This document shows, in pieces, positions 1 to 10,386 of a stretch of DNA of 64,000 bases. The notes under the pieces were generated by a model that was given only the letters and a program-made list of their open reading frames with translations, made no database searches and had not been told where the DNA came from. The stretch spans positions 43,366 to 107,365 of the forward strand of contig DAHVDN010000001.1 of the NCBI GenBank assembly GCA_027313505.1. Reading direction: 5' to 3'. The translations under genes and the position numbers were made by a program. Origin of the DNA: Candidatus Dormiibacterota bacterium. GTDB taxonomy: Bacteria > Chloroflexota > Dormibacteria > Aeolococcales > Bog-877. How positions within the stretch are numbered: position 1 is the first letter of the stretch; every line of letters starts with the position of its first letter.

Positions 1-1890
1 TCTCCCCAGTCGGCGTACTGGACACCCGTCTATGCCAATCCCATGGCCGGTGGCCAGACTGTGACCGTGGCCACTGAAGGGGTGACGGCCGCCGGGGTGG
101 CCTACAGGGTCGGTGCCAACATCACGGTCGGGAGCCTGGTGGCACATTTCCTGGTCGGGCCGCCCGGCAGCGCCCAGGGGAGCTACGCCTTCCTACTCAG
201 CGGAAGTGGAACGGTGATCAGTGTTGGAAAGGGAGGGACCTCAGCGCTGGGAATCAGGGCCAAGGGCCGGAGTGCCCAGCCGGTGAGCCTCACCACCAAG
301 AACAACCCCTGGCTGGGGGTGGGGAGCGACATGACATTGGGCCAGCAGGGGCAGCAGCAGATAAGCCTGGATGGCGAGCAGGTGGAGGTGTATTACAGCC
401 CTCTGCCTGCAAGCCGCTGGAGCCTCGGGGTGGCGATTCCAGTGGCTGGTCTGGACGGCAGCGTGGTCGGCCTCTCCCATCAGATAGGGCAGGGGCTGAC
501 TGGGGTGACAGCCTTGGTCGTCCCCGTTCTGGTGGTGCTGGCGGTTTTGGTGGTGGCCTTCACGAACGTCCTGAGCCGCCGGCTGGTGGAGCCGCTGTCG
601 AGATTGACCAGGGCGTCGGAGCGCATCGCTGCCGGGGACCTTGAGACCGAGGTTGGGCTCTCCTCCGTCTCGAAGGACGAGATCGGGACATTGGAACGTA
701 CCCTCGAAGAGATGAGGTCTCGCCTCGGGGAACAGCACAGCCAGATTGAAGGAGCCCAGCAGGAGCTGGAGCGCAGGGTTGAGGAGCGAACGACTGAGCT
801 GACCGAGCGCAACCAGGAGCTGGCGACACTCAACTCCGTGACCGGCGAGATGAGCCGATCTCTGGTGGTGGCGGAGGTGGCCGCCACCGCCGCCCATAAG
901 CTCGGCCACCTCTGGGACCTGACCGATGCCGCCGTCTACCTGGTCGACGGTTTGGAGTCGACCGGCTTTCGGCTGGTCGGTCGCTCCGACGAGTCCTCAT
1001 CCCCGGACCCTGCCGGGACGGTGGTGGAGGTGCTCGGCCGGCTGGGCGAGGACCCCCCGGTTCAGCCAAAGCAGTTCGAGGGACTGCTGGTCGTGCCCCT
1101 CATAACCGCAGGGTCTTTGGTCGGCTACCTGACGGTTATGCGCACGCGGCCCTTCCTCGGGAGTCAGCTGGAGTTACTGCAGGTGATGGGCGGACAGCTG
1201 GCCCTGGCCCTTCGCAATGCCCAACTTTTTGCGGACACCCAGGAGCTGGCGACGATCAATGAGCGCAACCGCATCGCCCGGGAGATTCATGACACTCTCG
1301 CCCAGGGACTGACGGGCATCATCGTGCAACTGCAGGCCGCCGAGGCGTGGTTGGGTCGGGAGCCGTCGAGGGCCCGGGACGCGGTGGAGCATGCCGGCGA
1401 TCTGGCCAGGTCCAGCCTCCAGGAGGCGCGGCGGTCGGTTTGGGACCTTCGTCCAGAGGGGCTGGAGCGGGCGGGGCTGGAGCGGGCGGTGCGAGATGAG
1501 CTGGCCCGCGTGGCGCAGCGCACCGGCGCCAAGACCTCTGTGCAGATAAGAGGACTCAGGGGACTGACCCTGGCGCCCGGGGTGGAGGTCGCCGTGTTTC
1601 GGGTGGTTCAGGAGGCGGTGGCAAACTCGTTGCATCACGGTCGGCCGAAGTCGGTCCGAGTGGAGATGAGTCGCAGCCAGGGTCATCTCAGGGTATCCGT
1701 GACCGACGACGGTAGCGGGTTCCATCCGGAGGGGCACAGGCGTGCCGGCAGCTTCGGCATCACATCGATGACCGAAAGGGCGCTGGCCTGCGGGGGCACT
1801 CTGGAGCTCGACAGCAGCCCCGGTGCCGGTACCAAGGTGGTCCTGAGGGTCCCCTGCCTGGCCGCGAGCTCTGCAGCGGCCGTGCCGTGA
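1..1890 (+). CDS. Membrane sensor histidine kinase (Cache-like, TM, HAMP, GAF, HisKA_3, HATPase_c); 5' end truncated by the window edge
   Basis: Frame is open from base 1 (SPQSAYWTPVYANP, Cache-like). TM helix, HAMP (EPLSRLTRASERIAAGDL...DEIGTL), NarX-type H-box ERNRIAREIHDTLAQ, N-box QEAVANSLHH, G-boxes DDGSGF and SFGITSM. Confidence 0.93.
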   Translation, partial: SPQSAYWTPVYANPMAGGQTVTVATEGVTAAGVAYRVGANITVGSLVAHFLVGPPGSAQGSYAFLLSGSGTVISVGKGGTSALGIRAKGRSAQPVSLTTKNNPWLGVGSDMTLGQQGQQQISLDGEQVEVYYSPLPASRWSLGVAIPVAGLDGSVVGLSHQIGQGLTGVTALVVPVLVVLAVLVVAFTNVLSRRLVEPLSRLTRASERIAAGDLETEVGLSSVSKDEIGTLERTLEEMRSRLGEQHSQIEGAQQELERRVEERTTELTERNQELATLNSVTGEMSRSLVVAEVAATAAHKLGHLWDLTDAAVYLVDGLESTGFRLVGRSDESSSPDPAGTVVEVLGRLGEDPPVQPKQFEGLLVVPLITAGSLVGYLTVMRTRPFLGSQLELLQVMGGQLALALRNAQLFADTQELATINERNRIAREIHDTLAQGLTGIIVQLQAAEAWLGREPSRARDAVEHAGDLARSSLQEARRSVWDLRPEGLERAGLERAVRDELARVAQRTGAKTSVQIRGLRGLTLAPGVEVAVFRVVQEAVANSLHHGRPKSVRVEMSRSQGHLRVSVTDDGSGFHPEGHRRAGSFGITSMTERALACGGTLELDSSPGAGTKVVLRVPCLAASSAAAVP

Positions 1891-2528
1891 TTCGAGTCTT
1901 GGTTGCCGACGACCACCCGGTGGTCAGGCAGGGGATCTGTGCCATCCTCGAGAGCGAGCAGGACCTTGAGGTGGTGGCCGACGTGGGAGATGGTGGGAGC
2001 GCCGTCAGCATGACGGTGGAGCTGAAGCCTGACGTTGTCCTCATGGATGTCCAGATGCCGGTCCTTGATGGAATTCAGGCGCTGAAGGAGATACTCCACC
2101 TCCGACCGACCACCCGGGTGGTGATGCTGACCACCTTCGGCCACGAGAACTATGTGGTTCCCAGCTTCAAGGCAGGGGCGTTGGGATACCTGCTGAAGGA
2201 CGTCGGGCGGCTGGAGCTGGTGGCAGCCATCCGGCGAGTGGCTGCGGGGGAGTCGCTGCTCGACCGTCCTGGAAGCACTCGAGGGGCGGTGCTTTTGAGC
2301 GAGCGCGAGCTCGACGTCCTGTCCTGTATGGCTGGCGAGATGACCAACAAGGAGATCGCTCAGTCCCTCTACCTAAGCGAGAACACCGTCAAGACCCATG
2401 TCAGCCATATCCTCGCCAAGCTTGGGGCGATCGATCGGGCGGGGGCGGTTCTGCGAGCTTGGAAGCAGGGGCTCATCCCATCGGTCCCCGACGATCCTCA
2501 GCTCCGCAATCACTCTGATGGGGGATGA
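1887..2528 (+). CDS. NarL/LuxR-family DNA-binding response regulator
   Basis: VLVADDHPVVR, DVVLMDVQMP phospho-Asp, YLLKD, LuxR HTH LSERELDVL...TNKEIA...SENTVKTHVSHIL; GTGA overlap with the kinase stop. Confidence 0.96.
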   Translation: MIRVLVADDHPVVRQGICAILESEQDLEVVADVGDGGSAVSMTVELKPDVVLMDVQMPVLDGIQALKEILHLRPTTRVVMLTTFGHENYVVPSFKAGALGYLLKDVGRLELVAAIRRVAAGESLLDRPGSTRGAVLLSERELDVLSCMAGEMTNKEIAQSLYLSENTVKTHVSHILAKLGAIDRAGAVLRAWKQGLIPSVPDDPQLRNHSDGG

Positions 2529-2642
2529 CGGGGCCCCCACCTTGCCTCTAAGATCTGCACACTGCGTGGATCAGACCACCACCAGGGCGTTGCCGTGGGG
2601 CAGCGCATTTCGTCATCAGGGCACAGGAGGGTATGAAGACAA

Positions 2643-4586
2643 GTGAGAAGCATTCCGAAACTCTCGTTCTGGCGCATGGCGGGGGTGGCCACCGCGGCAG
2701 CCCTCTTCGTGGCAGCCTGCGGGGGGACCAGCGCTCCCAAGACCGTCTCAGGGGGTGTGGTGACATTCGCGGAGGGGCCCAACGCACCTCCGAGCTACAT
2801 CCTGCCGTTGGCAAGCGGTAGCTATTTCAGCGTCACCAACCTCTCCGACTTTTCTCAGATCATGTATCCACCGCTCTACTGGTTCGGGAACGCCGGAGAG
2901 CCCGTTCTGAACAAGTCGTTGAGCATCGCCAACCCGCCCGTGTTCTCCAACAACAACACGGTGGTCAACATCACTCTCAAGCACTGGCTGTGGTCCAACG
3001 GGACTCCGATCACCTCACGGGACGTGATCTTCTGGCTGAACCTGCTCAGCGCCGCGACCGACCCGAACTCGCCGACCGTCGGCACCAGCACCGCCCCGGG
3101 TCCCGGATGGGGAGCTGCGGTCTCAGGTGCCTTCCCCGCGAACGTCATCAGCTACACCGCAGTCGGCCAGTACGGCCTCAAGATGACCCTGAACTCTTCC
3201 TACAACCCGACCTGGTTCCTCTACAACGAGCTGAGCCAGATCACCCCGCTTCCACAGGCGTCATGGGACAAGCTGACGGCAGCCGGTACCGTTGGCAACT
3301 ACGACGCCCAAGCGGAGGCCCGGAGTGCGGTCCCAGGCACCACCCCGGTGCAGTACCAGCCCACCAACCCAGGGACCGGGACGACCGGAGCGTTGGGAGT
3401 AGCCCAGTTCCTGAACCTGCAGGCGCAGGACCTCACCACCTACCAGACCAATCCTTTGTGGCAGGTGGCTTCCGGACCGTTCGTCCTGAACCAGTACACC
3501 ACCAGTGGTTTCGTCAAGATGGTGCCAAACAAGAACTACTCGGGATCGCCGAAGCCCACCATCTCGGCCTTTGAGGAGTTGCCGTTCACCAGCGACACCG
3601 CTGAGTACAACGACCTCCACAATGGCAGCCTCACCATCGGCTACATCCCCCCTCAGGACCTGCCCCAGAAGGCGCAGCTGGAAAAGCAACAGAACTACAG
3701 TTTTGCCCCTTGGAACGACTTTGGGTTCGTTTACTTCCCCTACAACTTGACCAATCCCACAGCCGGCCCCATCTTCAAGCAGCTCTACTTCCGGCAGGCC
3801 TTCCAGTCGTTGGTCAACCAGCCCCAGTACATCACACACTTCTTGGGGGGCTACGGCACGATCGACAACGGGCCGGTTCCAACCTATCCTGCCAAGAACC
3901 CCGACGAGAGTTCTTTGGAATCCACCGGCCAGGTCTACCCCTACAGCCCGAGCAAGGCGGTGAGCCTGCTCAAGGACAACGGCTGGACGGTCAACCCCGG
4001 TGGGACCAGCGTTTGCAAGAAGGCAGGTTCCGCGGCCGGTGACTGTGGCACAGGTGTTGCCGCTGGCGCGGCCGCCAACTTCACCCTTCTCTATGAGAGC
4101 GGCTCGACGCCTCTCACCAACGAGATGGAGGCACTGCAGTCCACCCTGAAGTCAGTGGCGGGCATCGACCTCACCCTTTCCACCGCTCCCTTCGGGCAGG
4201 TGATCAGCACCGCGTTCGGCGGTTGCACGCCGACCAGTCCCTGCACCAACTGGCAGCTGGCGAACTGGGGCGGAGGCTGGGTCTATTCCCCGGACTACCT
4301 GCCTACAGGTGGTGAGCTCTTCTCGACCGGCGCATCGAGCAACCCGGGCTACTACAACAGCTCGACTGCGGACAGCCTGATCACAGCGACTCACACCGCG
4401 GCCACCGCAGCGGCGGAGACCGCAGCACTCTTCAAGTACGAGAACTACATCGCTCAGCAACTTCCGGTGGTCTACATGCCCAACCAGCCGTACCAGCTGA
4501 CGATCTACAAGAGCAACCTGAACGGCCTTGTGCCACAGGGTGTCTACGACGAAGTCTATCCCCAGTTCTACTCATTCAAGGGTTGA
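2643..4586 (+). CDS. oppA: Oligopeptide/dipeptide ABC transporter substrate-binding lipoprotein (SBP family 5)
   Basis: Lipoprotein signal ending LFVAAC; WSNGTPITSRDVIF, ASGPFVL, FRQAFQSLVNQ; AGGAGG at 2625-2630; precedes two permeases. Confidence 0.9.
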   Translation: MRSIPKLSFWRMAGVATAAALFVAACGGTSAPKTVSGGVVTFAEGPNAPPSYILPLASGSYFSVTNLSDFSQIMYPPLYWFGNAGEPVLNKSLSIANPPVFSNNNTVVNITLKHWLWSNGTPITSRDVIFWLNLLSAATDPNSPTVGTSTAPGPGWGAAVSGAFPANVISYTAVGQYGLKMTLNSSYNPTWFLYNELSQITPLPQASWDKLTAAGTVGNYDAQAEARSAVPGTTPVQYQPTNPGTGTTGALGVAQFLNLQAQDLTTYQTNPLWQVASGPFVLNQYTTSGFVKMVPNKNYSGSPKPTISAFEELPFTSDTAEYNDLHNGSLTIGYIPPQDLPQKAQLEKQQNYSFAPWNDFGFVYFPYNLTNPTAGPIFKQLYFRQAFQSLVNQPQYITHFLGGYGTIDNGPVPTYPAKNPDESSLESTGQVYPYSPSKAVSLLKDNGWTVNPGGTSVCKKAGSAAGDCGTGVAAGAAANFTLLYESGSTPLTNEMEALQSTLKSVAGIDLTLSTAPFGQVISTAFGGCTPTSPCTNWQLANWGGGWVYSPDYLPTGGELFSTGASSNPGYYNSSTADSLITATHTAATAAAETAALFKYENYIAQQLPVVYMPNQPYQLTIYKSNLNGLVPQGVYDEVYPQFYSFKG

Positions 4587-4592
4587 CGGAAT

Positions 4593-4676
4593 GCTGGTAA
4601 GCCGCTAAATTTCCCTCAACGGATGTGGGGAGGTAGCGGTGGGGACCCGGTCATTGTGGCCGGGCCCCCGACCAGC
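4593..4676 (+). other. Branched intergenic stem-loop between the SBP and permease genes (likely mRNA stability or partial termination element)
   Basis: GCTGGT(4593-98) pairs with ACCAGC(4671-76), enclosing a GCCGCTA/TAGCGGT arm and a GGGGACCCGGTCA/TGGCCGGGCCCCC arm. Confidence 0.55.
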
Positions 4677-4723
4677 TTCTCGCTCTAAGCAGCGACTACT
4701 CGAGGAGCAGAGGACACCAGTCC

Positions 4724-5668
4724 ATGATCGGGTACCTCATAAGACGACTGTTTCAGGCGATCATCGTGGTGATCGGGGTGACCATCATCACCTTCATCCT
4801 GCTCCACCTCCTGCCAGGAAACCCGATTCGGGCCATTCTCGGCACCCACGCCAGCTTACAGGCGGTCAAGCAACTGACCGACCAGTACGGCTTCAACAAA
4901 CCACTTCCTGTCCAGTACTTCATCTGGCTGGGGAACCTTATTCATCTCAATTTCGGCTTTTCCTATAAGCAGAATCAGCCGGTACTGGCCCTTCTGGGAC
5001 AGAGGATTCCCAAGACCTTGTTCCTTGTCGGGGTCTCTTTGATCCTCGCCATCTTGCTGGCGATTCCCGCAGGCATGTGGCAGTCCGTCAGGCGCAACAA
5101 ACCCGACGACTACGTCGGGACGGGTCTGATCTTCATCTTCTATTCGATGCCAACCTTCTGGCTGGGCCTTCTGCTCATCGTGGTCTTCAGCGAGTATTTG
5201 AACTGGTTTCCCTCCGAGGCTCCTCAGGATCAACTGAGCCTTGTGTCACAACTCAACGGGATGGTGCTGCCGATCGTGACCCTCACCCTGGTCACCCTCG
5301 CCCTCTTCACCAGGTACATGCGCAGTTCGATGCTCGAACAGAGCATTCAGGACTATGTGAGGACGGCACGTGCCAAGGGGGTCTCCAGGCGCGCAGTTCT
5401 GTTCAAGCACATACTGCGCAACGCCCTGATACCGGTGATAACCCTGATTGGACTGTCCATCCCCGGGGTCCTGAGCGGTGCAGTGGTCACCGAGACAGTC
5501 TTCAACTATCCGGGCATGGGCCTCCTCTTCTATCAGGCAGCGGAGGCCGATGACTTCCCGGTGCTTCTCGGGGTGACAGTTGTCGTCGCTGTCGCGACGG
5601 TCGTTGGGAACCTGATTGCAGACATTCTCTATGCGGTGGTGGATCCGAGGATTAGGTATGTCTCCTAG
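4724..5668 (+). CDS. oppB: Oligopeptide ABC transporter permease (OppB/DppB)
   Basis: YLIRRLFQAIIV, GFNKPLPVQY, EAA-like DYVRTARAKGVS, TETVFNYPGMG, DILYAVVDPRIR. Confidence 0.95.
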   Translation: MIGYLIRRLFQAIIVVIGVTIITFILLHLLPGNPIRAILGTHASLQAVKQLTDQYGFNKPLPVQYFIWLGNLIHLNFGFSYKQNQPVLALLGQRIPKTLFLVGVSLILAILLAIPAGMWQSVRRNKPDDYVGTGLIFIFYSMPTFWLGLLLIVVFSEYLNWFPSEAPQDQLSLVSQLNGMVLPIVTLTLVTLALFTRYMRSSMLEQSIQDYVRTARAKGVSRRAVLFKHILRNALIPVITLIGLSIPGVLSGAVVTETVFNYPGMGLLFYQAAEADDFPVLLGVTVVVAVATVVGNLIADILYAVVDPRIRYVS

Positions 5669-5718
5669 GCTCGCAGCCGGCCAGATCGGATCAGACAGCG
5701 CTCATTGGAGTTGATGAC

Positions 5719-6666
5719 GTGAGCACGACCGGGCAGATATCACCAGCCGACGTCGACCCTACGGGGTTCGGGCTCCGGGGTGCCGACGTCATGCCCGAAG
5801 GGGGCGAGGGCTATCACTCCGGCTCAGCGTGGCGGATGGTGCTCCGGGTCTTCTTAGAGAACCGGCTTGCCATAGTCGGGCTGGGCATGATCCTGTTCAT
5901 GGTTCTGTTCTCCTTTGTGGGACCGCTGATCTATCACACGCAGCAGGTGTTCAACAACCCCAACCTGGCCAACCACCCACCTAGCGGGGCGCATCCGCTT
6001 GGCACCGATCCGGTTGGCTACGACGTCCTTGGACGGCTGATGCTCGGTGGACAGAGCTCTTTGGAGATTGGGTTCGCCGCCGCACTTATCGCGGTCGGGA
6101 TCGGGGTCATCTGGGGGGCCGCCGCCGGGCTGGCCGGAGGCATCGTCGACGCTGTGATGATGCGTATCGTCGATGCCCTTCTGGCCATTCCGTTTCTCTT
6201 TGCTCTGATCGTGCTGGGAGCCATCTTTACTACTTCAATCCCGGAGTTGATCATCGTGATCGGGTTCGTCGCCTGGCTGGTTCCGGCTCGTTTGGTGCGT
6301 GGCGAGACCCTCAGCTTGCGCGTGCGCGAGTATGTGCAGGCGGTGCGGGTGATGGGTGGCGGCACCAGACGGATTTTATTTCGGCACATCATTCCCAACA
6401 CCATCGGAACGATCGTGGTCAATGCGACCTTCCAGGTTGCGGATGCCATCCTCTACGTGGCGACCTTGAGCTACCTGGGACTGGGTGTCCCTCCGCCGGC
6501 CACCAACTGGGGTGGACAGCTATCCAACGGGTTGAACTATGTGTTCGCCGGCTACTGGTGGTTGATCTACCCCGCCGGAATCGCCATCGTGCTGACGGTG
6601 GTCGCATTCAACTTCGTCGGTGACGCGCTGCGTGACGCTCTCGAGGTGCGACTGCAGAGTCGCTGA
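5719..6666 (+). CDS. oppC: Oligopeptide ABC transporter permease (OppC/DppC)
   Basis: HPLGTDPVGYDVLGRL, REYVQAVRVMG, RHIIPN, LSYLGLG, FNFVGDALRDAL. Confidence 0.95.
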   Translation: MSTTGQISPADVDPTGFGLRGADVMPEGGEGYHSGSAWRMVLRVFLENRLAIVGLGMILFMVLFSFVGPLIYHTQQVFNNPNLANHPPSGAHPLGTDPVGYDVLGRLMLGGQSSLEIGFAAALIAVGIGVIWGAAAGLAGGIVDAVMMRIVDALLAIPFLFALIVLGAIFTTSIPELIIVIGFVAWLVPARLVRGETLSLRVREYVQAVRVMGGGTRRILFRHIIPNTIGTIVVNATFQVADAILYVATLSYLGLGVPPPATNWGGQLSNGLNYVFAGYWWLIYPAGIAIVLTVVAFNFVGDALRDALEVRLQSR

Positions 6667-7050
6667 CAGCTCTTGTGGGGGTGGGTTGCCGCGAGTAGCG
6701 ATCGAGCGGGCCCGCGCCCCTCACGATCGAATGGTCACTCGGTCGGGACCCTTTGTCCGCCCCGGAGCCCGTATGTTGGCGGAGCCGACGCTACGGGGCA
6801 GTCTCAGCCCGGTTCTGACTGCTGTCGAAGGAGGGGGGAACAGCGGCTTCTTTGGCGTCATCTGGGCCACCGTCAGACGACGGTTGGGCGATTGTGCTAG
6901 GTGGACTGTCGACGGTCATGCGGACGGGCCTAACCAGGATCTCTACACTCCGCCGGGGTTGGGAATATCCAGATCCATGAATGGCTGCTTGGCCCCCGAC
7001 CCTAGCTGAAGACGGGCTGGCTAACAGCGTCCATCGCAGGGACCTCCCAG

Positions 7051-8097
7051 CTAGGCGCTTGCGGCCAGCGGCGTTTGCAAGGGAAAGTGGCAGGCAGCCA
7101 TGTGGCGCGGTCCAAAGGTGCGCAGGGGCGGCTCTTCGCTTGCGCAGATCTCCTGGGCGCGCTCGCAGCGGGTGCGGAACCGGCAACCGGACGGTGGATT
7201 GAGGGCGGATGGGAGCTCACCGAACACCGGCCGTATCTCCTTGGCGCGTTCCCTCTTGGGGTCCGGCTCCGGGATGGCGTTGATGAGTCCCATGGTGTAT
7301 GGGTGTGCAGCCCTCTCGTAAAGGTCCTGGCTGGGGGCGATCTCGACCAACTTGCCAAGGTACATGACTCCGATTCGATCCGACAGGTACTTGACCACCG
7401 AAAGGTCGTGGGAGATCACCACGTAGGTGAGCCCATGGGTCTCCTGAAGGTTGTTCATCAGATTCAGGATCTGCGACCTGATGGACACGTCGAGCGCAGA
7501 GACCGGCTCGTCAGCGACGATGAGCTTTGGGTTGAGGGTGAGCGCCCTGGCCAGTCCGATGCGTTGGCGCTGGCCTCCGGAGAACTCGTGAGGATAGAGA
7601 TCCGCTGACTTGGGGCTGAGTCCGACCTCCTGCAGCAGCTGGCTGACCCGCGAGTCTCTCTCGGCGCTGTTGCCGATCTTCTGCACCGTCAGGGGCTCAC
7701 GAATGATGGTACCCACACGCATCCGCGGGTCCAGGGAGGCGTAGGGGTCCTGGAACATCAGCTGCAGATCGCGGCGGCGTCGACGGAACTCTCGTCCTTT
7801 GAGTTTCGCGATGTCGCTTCCCTCAAAGAAAATCTCCCCTGAGGTCGGCTTCTCCAAGCCCACGATCATGCGTCCGATGGTTGTCTTGCCGCATCCGGAC
7901 TCACCGACGAGGCCGAAGGTCTCACCCTTGGCTACCTGAAGGGAGACATCCGATACCGCCTTGACCGATCCGATCCGGCGTTGGAGTACTGCGCCGGCTG
8001 TGACCGGGAACTCCTTCACCAGATGGCGCAGCTCCAGAAATGCGGTGGCAGGAGCGCCCGGCCCGTCGGCGACGGTTGTCGCTGCTGTGGTTGTCAT
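7051..8097 (-). CDS. oppF: Oligopeptide ABC transporter ATP-binding protein (OppF/DppF)
   Basis: Walker [42 protein letters not shown]-terminal HPYT...PPSGCRFRTRC...AACH. Confidence 0.95.
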   Translation of the reverse strand: MTTTAATTVADGPGAPATAFLELRHLVKEFPVTAGAVLQRRIGSVKAVSDVSLQVAKGETFGLVGESGCGKTTIGRMIVGLEKPTSGEIFFEGSDIAKLKGREFRRRRRDLQLMFQDPYASLDPRMRVGTIIREPLTVQKIGNSAERDSRVSQLLQEVGLSPKSADLYPHEFSGGQRQRIGLARALTLNPKLIVADEPVSALDVSIRSQILNLMNNLQETHGLTYVVISHDLSVVKYLSDRIGVMYLGKLVEIAPSQDLYERAAHPYTMGLINAIPEPDPKRERAKEIRPVFGELPSALNPPSGCRFRTRCERAQEICASEEPPLRTFGPRHMAACHFPLQTPLAASA

Positions 8098-8145
8098 CTC
8101 ATGGGATCCTGATGGCTGAGAGGTGGATGGAGCACCCTGGCACGG

Positions 8146-9153
8146 TCAGGGTAAGGACACGGCTCGGGGCTCTGGTCTGACCCGCCCGACGGGGTTGAAG
8201 CAGGCATATTGGTGGTCTGGATTCTCTCCTGAGAGAGGGGGCTCCTCCTCCCGGCATCGAGCGGTTGCGAACTGGCACCGCGGTTGAAAGCGGCACCAGG
8301 TGGGGGGATGAGAGAGGTCCGGTGGCAAGCCGGGAATGCTGTACAGGGGAGCATCGGTCGGCTGGTTCAGTCGTGGAATGGAGGCCAGCAGGGCCTGGGT
8401 GTATGGATGCCTCATCGACTCGAACAACTCGCCGGTTGAGGCCGCTTCGACGATCTTGCCTGCGTACATGACGTTCACCCGATCCGCCCGACCAGCAATG
8501 ACGCCCATGTCGTGAGTGATGAGGAGAACAGCCATCCGAAGCCGTTGCTTCAGGCTGTAGAGGAGCTCAAGGATCTGGAGCTGGATGGTCACGTCCAGGG
8601 CAGTGGTCGGCTCATCGGCGATGAGCAGCTTGGGATCACACGAGAGCGCCATGGCGATCATCACCCTTTGTCGCAGCCCCCCGGAAAGCTGATGAGGATA
8701 GTCGGTGAGCCGCTCTCGGGGGTTGGGCATACCGACCAAGCCCAACACCTCCGCAGCTCTCTCCAGGGCCTCCTTCCGCGAGACCTGACGATGAATCCTC
8801 ACCATCTCCGCGATCTGATTCCCGATTGACATGGTCGGGTTGAGCGAGGTCATGGGGTCCTGGAAGATGACTGCGACGTCGTTTCCTCGGACATGTCGGA
8901 GATCCTTCTCCGGCATCCCCACCAGCTCCTTGCCAGAGATCTGGATGCTGCTGCCCGGGGCTATGTAACCGCCAGGCGGGAGGAGGTGCATGATCGACAT
9001 GCCGGTCATGGTCTTGCCACATCCCGACTCCCCCACGAGCCCCAGGGTTTCCCCCTCCTCAATGTAGAGGCTAACCCCATCGACTGCCCGCACCTCGCCC
9101 TTGCGCTGCCGGATGTAGGTCCTGAGGTCCCGGATCTCTAACAGTGCTGCCAA
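8146..9153 (-). CDS. oppD: Oligopeptide ABC transporter ATP-binding protein (OppD/DppD)
   Basis: [47 protein letters not shown]...CRFQPRC...YAC; TTG start. Confidence 0.95.
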   Translation of the reverse strand: MAALLEIRDLRTYIRQRKGEVRAVDGVSLYIEEGETLGLVGESGCGKTMTGMSIMHLLPPGGYIAPGSSIQISGKELVGMPEKDLRHVRGNDVAVIFQDPMTSLNPTMSIGNQIAEMVRIHRQVSRKEALERAAEVLGLVGMPNPRERLTDYPHQLSGGLRQRVMIAMALSCDPKLLIADEPTTALDVTIQLQILELLYSLKQRLRMAVLLITHDMGVIAGRADRVNVMYAGKIVEAASTGELFESMRHPYTQALLASIPRLNQPTDAPLYSIPGLPPDLSHPPTWCRFQPRCQFATARCREEEPPLSGENPDHQYACFNPVGRVRPEPRAVSLP

Positions 9154-9202
9154 CTCTTAGTCCCTAAGGAATCCGCGGGTGAACTTTCGCTAAGTTCCCC
9201 GG

Positions 9203-9208
9203 AGTATA
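9203..9208 (-). promoter_or_regulatory. Putative -10 box (TATACT) of an oppD-oppF promoter
   Basis: gcTATACTc about 50 nt upstream of the oppD TTG; the same context lies at 10271-10276 upstream of the extra ATPase copy. Confidence 0.45.
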
Positions 9209-9319
9209 GCGGTCCAATCCAGACCTCGGCACAGTTTCGGAGCGTGCGTGGCTGAACCGATCCGGAGGGCGCCTGTTCGATGGCTGGCCGCCATCTCGAA
9301 TTGTGGCCAGGCACCGGGC

Positions 9320-10223
9320 CGCCACGGGCACTGGGGGTCGACCCGTTTGTCGTCACCTGCCACCCCACTCGGGGCAGGCAGTGCTCTGGGCCGCCCTGAG
9401 ACTCGGAGCTCGGGACGACCGACGCCATCAGCGGCTAGGAGAGTCCCCAAGCGCTTGGCGGTAGGCGGTGGTTGGTTGGAATCGGGTCTGCTCCTCGAGC
9501 TTCGGTCCCCAGATCGCTTGGTACAACCCGGCCGGCTCGCATGCAAACGACTCGGTCAGCCCAGCCCGCCACGACGGCGGGATCGTGGGTGAGCACTAAC
9601 AAGGAAAGGCCCATCCGTTGCTTCACCGCCTGCAGAACGCCCATGACCTGCTCGGCCAAGGCCGGGTCCAGAGCGCTGGTGGGCTCGTCGGCTACCAGTA
9701 ACCTCGGCTCACAGGCGGTCGCCAGGGAGATGAGTACGCGCTGGCGGGTGCCCCCCGAAAGCTGATGCGGGTACGCGCCGGAGATGCGCCTGGGGTCGCT
9801 GACTCCGACAGCTTCGAGCGCTGCACATGCTCTTCCGATCGCCTCCCGGCGCGAGAGCCGGTGATGAGCCGCTATTCCCTCTGCGATCTGGTCGCCCACA
9901 GTCATGGTGGGATTGAGTGCTGCGGTGGCGTCCTGGAAAATCACCCCAATCTCCGCCCCCCGGATGGCCCTCATCCGGCTCTCGGGCAGGCCCAAGAGTT
10001 CCTGTCCTTCCAAGCGGATGCTCCCGTGGGCCACGAATGCCCCTTTCGGCAGCAGCTGCATGATTGACAGAGCGATCATCGTCTTTCCGCAACCGGACTC
10101 GCCGATCAGACCCAGGGTTTCCCCACGCTCCAGCTCGAGGTCCAGTCGATCCAGGGCCACGACCTCGCCGCGGCGAACGCGAATATGGGTGCTCAGGCCC
10201 TCGATCTCTAGAAGCGCCGACAT
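9320..10223 (-). pseudogene. Second OppD-like ATPase with an intact core ORF (10223 to 9435) and a frameshifted, decayed C-terminal domain
   Basis: ATG at 10223 (MSALLEIEGL); Walker A/B, LSGGTRQR and LTHD are intact. After DRVVCMRAGRVV the expected tail appears only in other frames: RFQPTTAYRQALGDSP (cf. [12 protein letters not shown]) and PAPSG...RVDPQCPW (cf. CRFQPRC). Confidence 0.65.
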
Positions 10224-10386
10224 AGGACACCTGCCATCCGACCGCCCCTGAACCCAAACTAGTTGGCCAGAGTATAGCCCGCCACTACCACTGAGTACGC
10301 AGGTCCCACCGCTCCCTGTCTGTGCTGCCAATGTATCGTGAACTGCAAACATGAAGGAGACCTTGAGGCGGCTAAAGCTGCCGCGC

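Noticed and set aside
2633..2821. ATG 2633 right after AGGAGG as a separate small gene
   Set aside because: Only 2 nt separate SD and ATG; the SD better serves GTG 2643 of the SBP.
6667..7050. 384-bp gap between oppC and oppF, with an SD-led 10-codon ORF (MDAVSQPVFS) and a receiver-like fragment (MDLDIPNPGGV) on the minus strand
   Set aside because: Too short and interrupted to support a gene, pseudogene or ncRNA call without a search.
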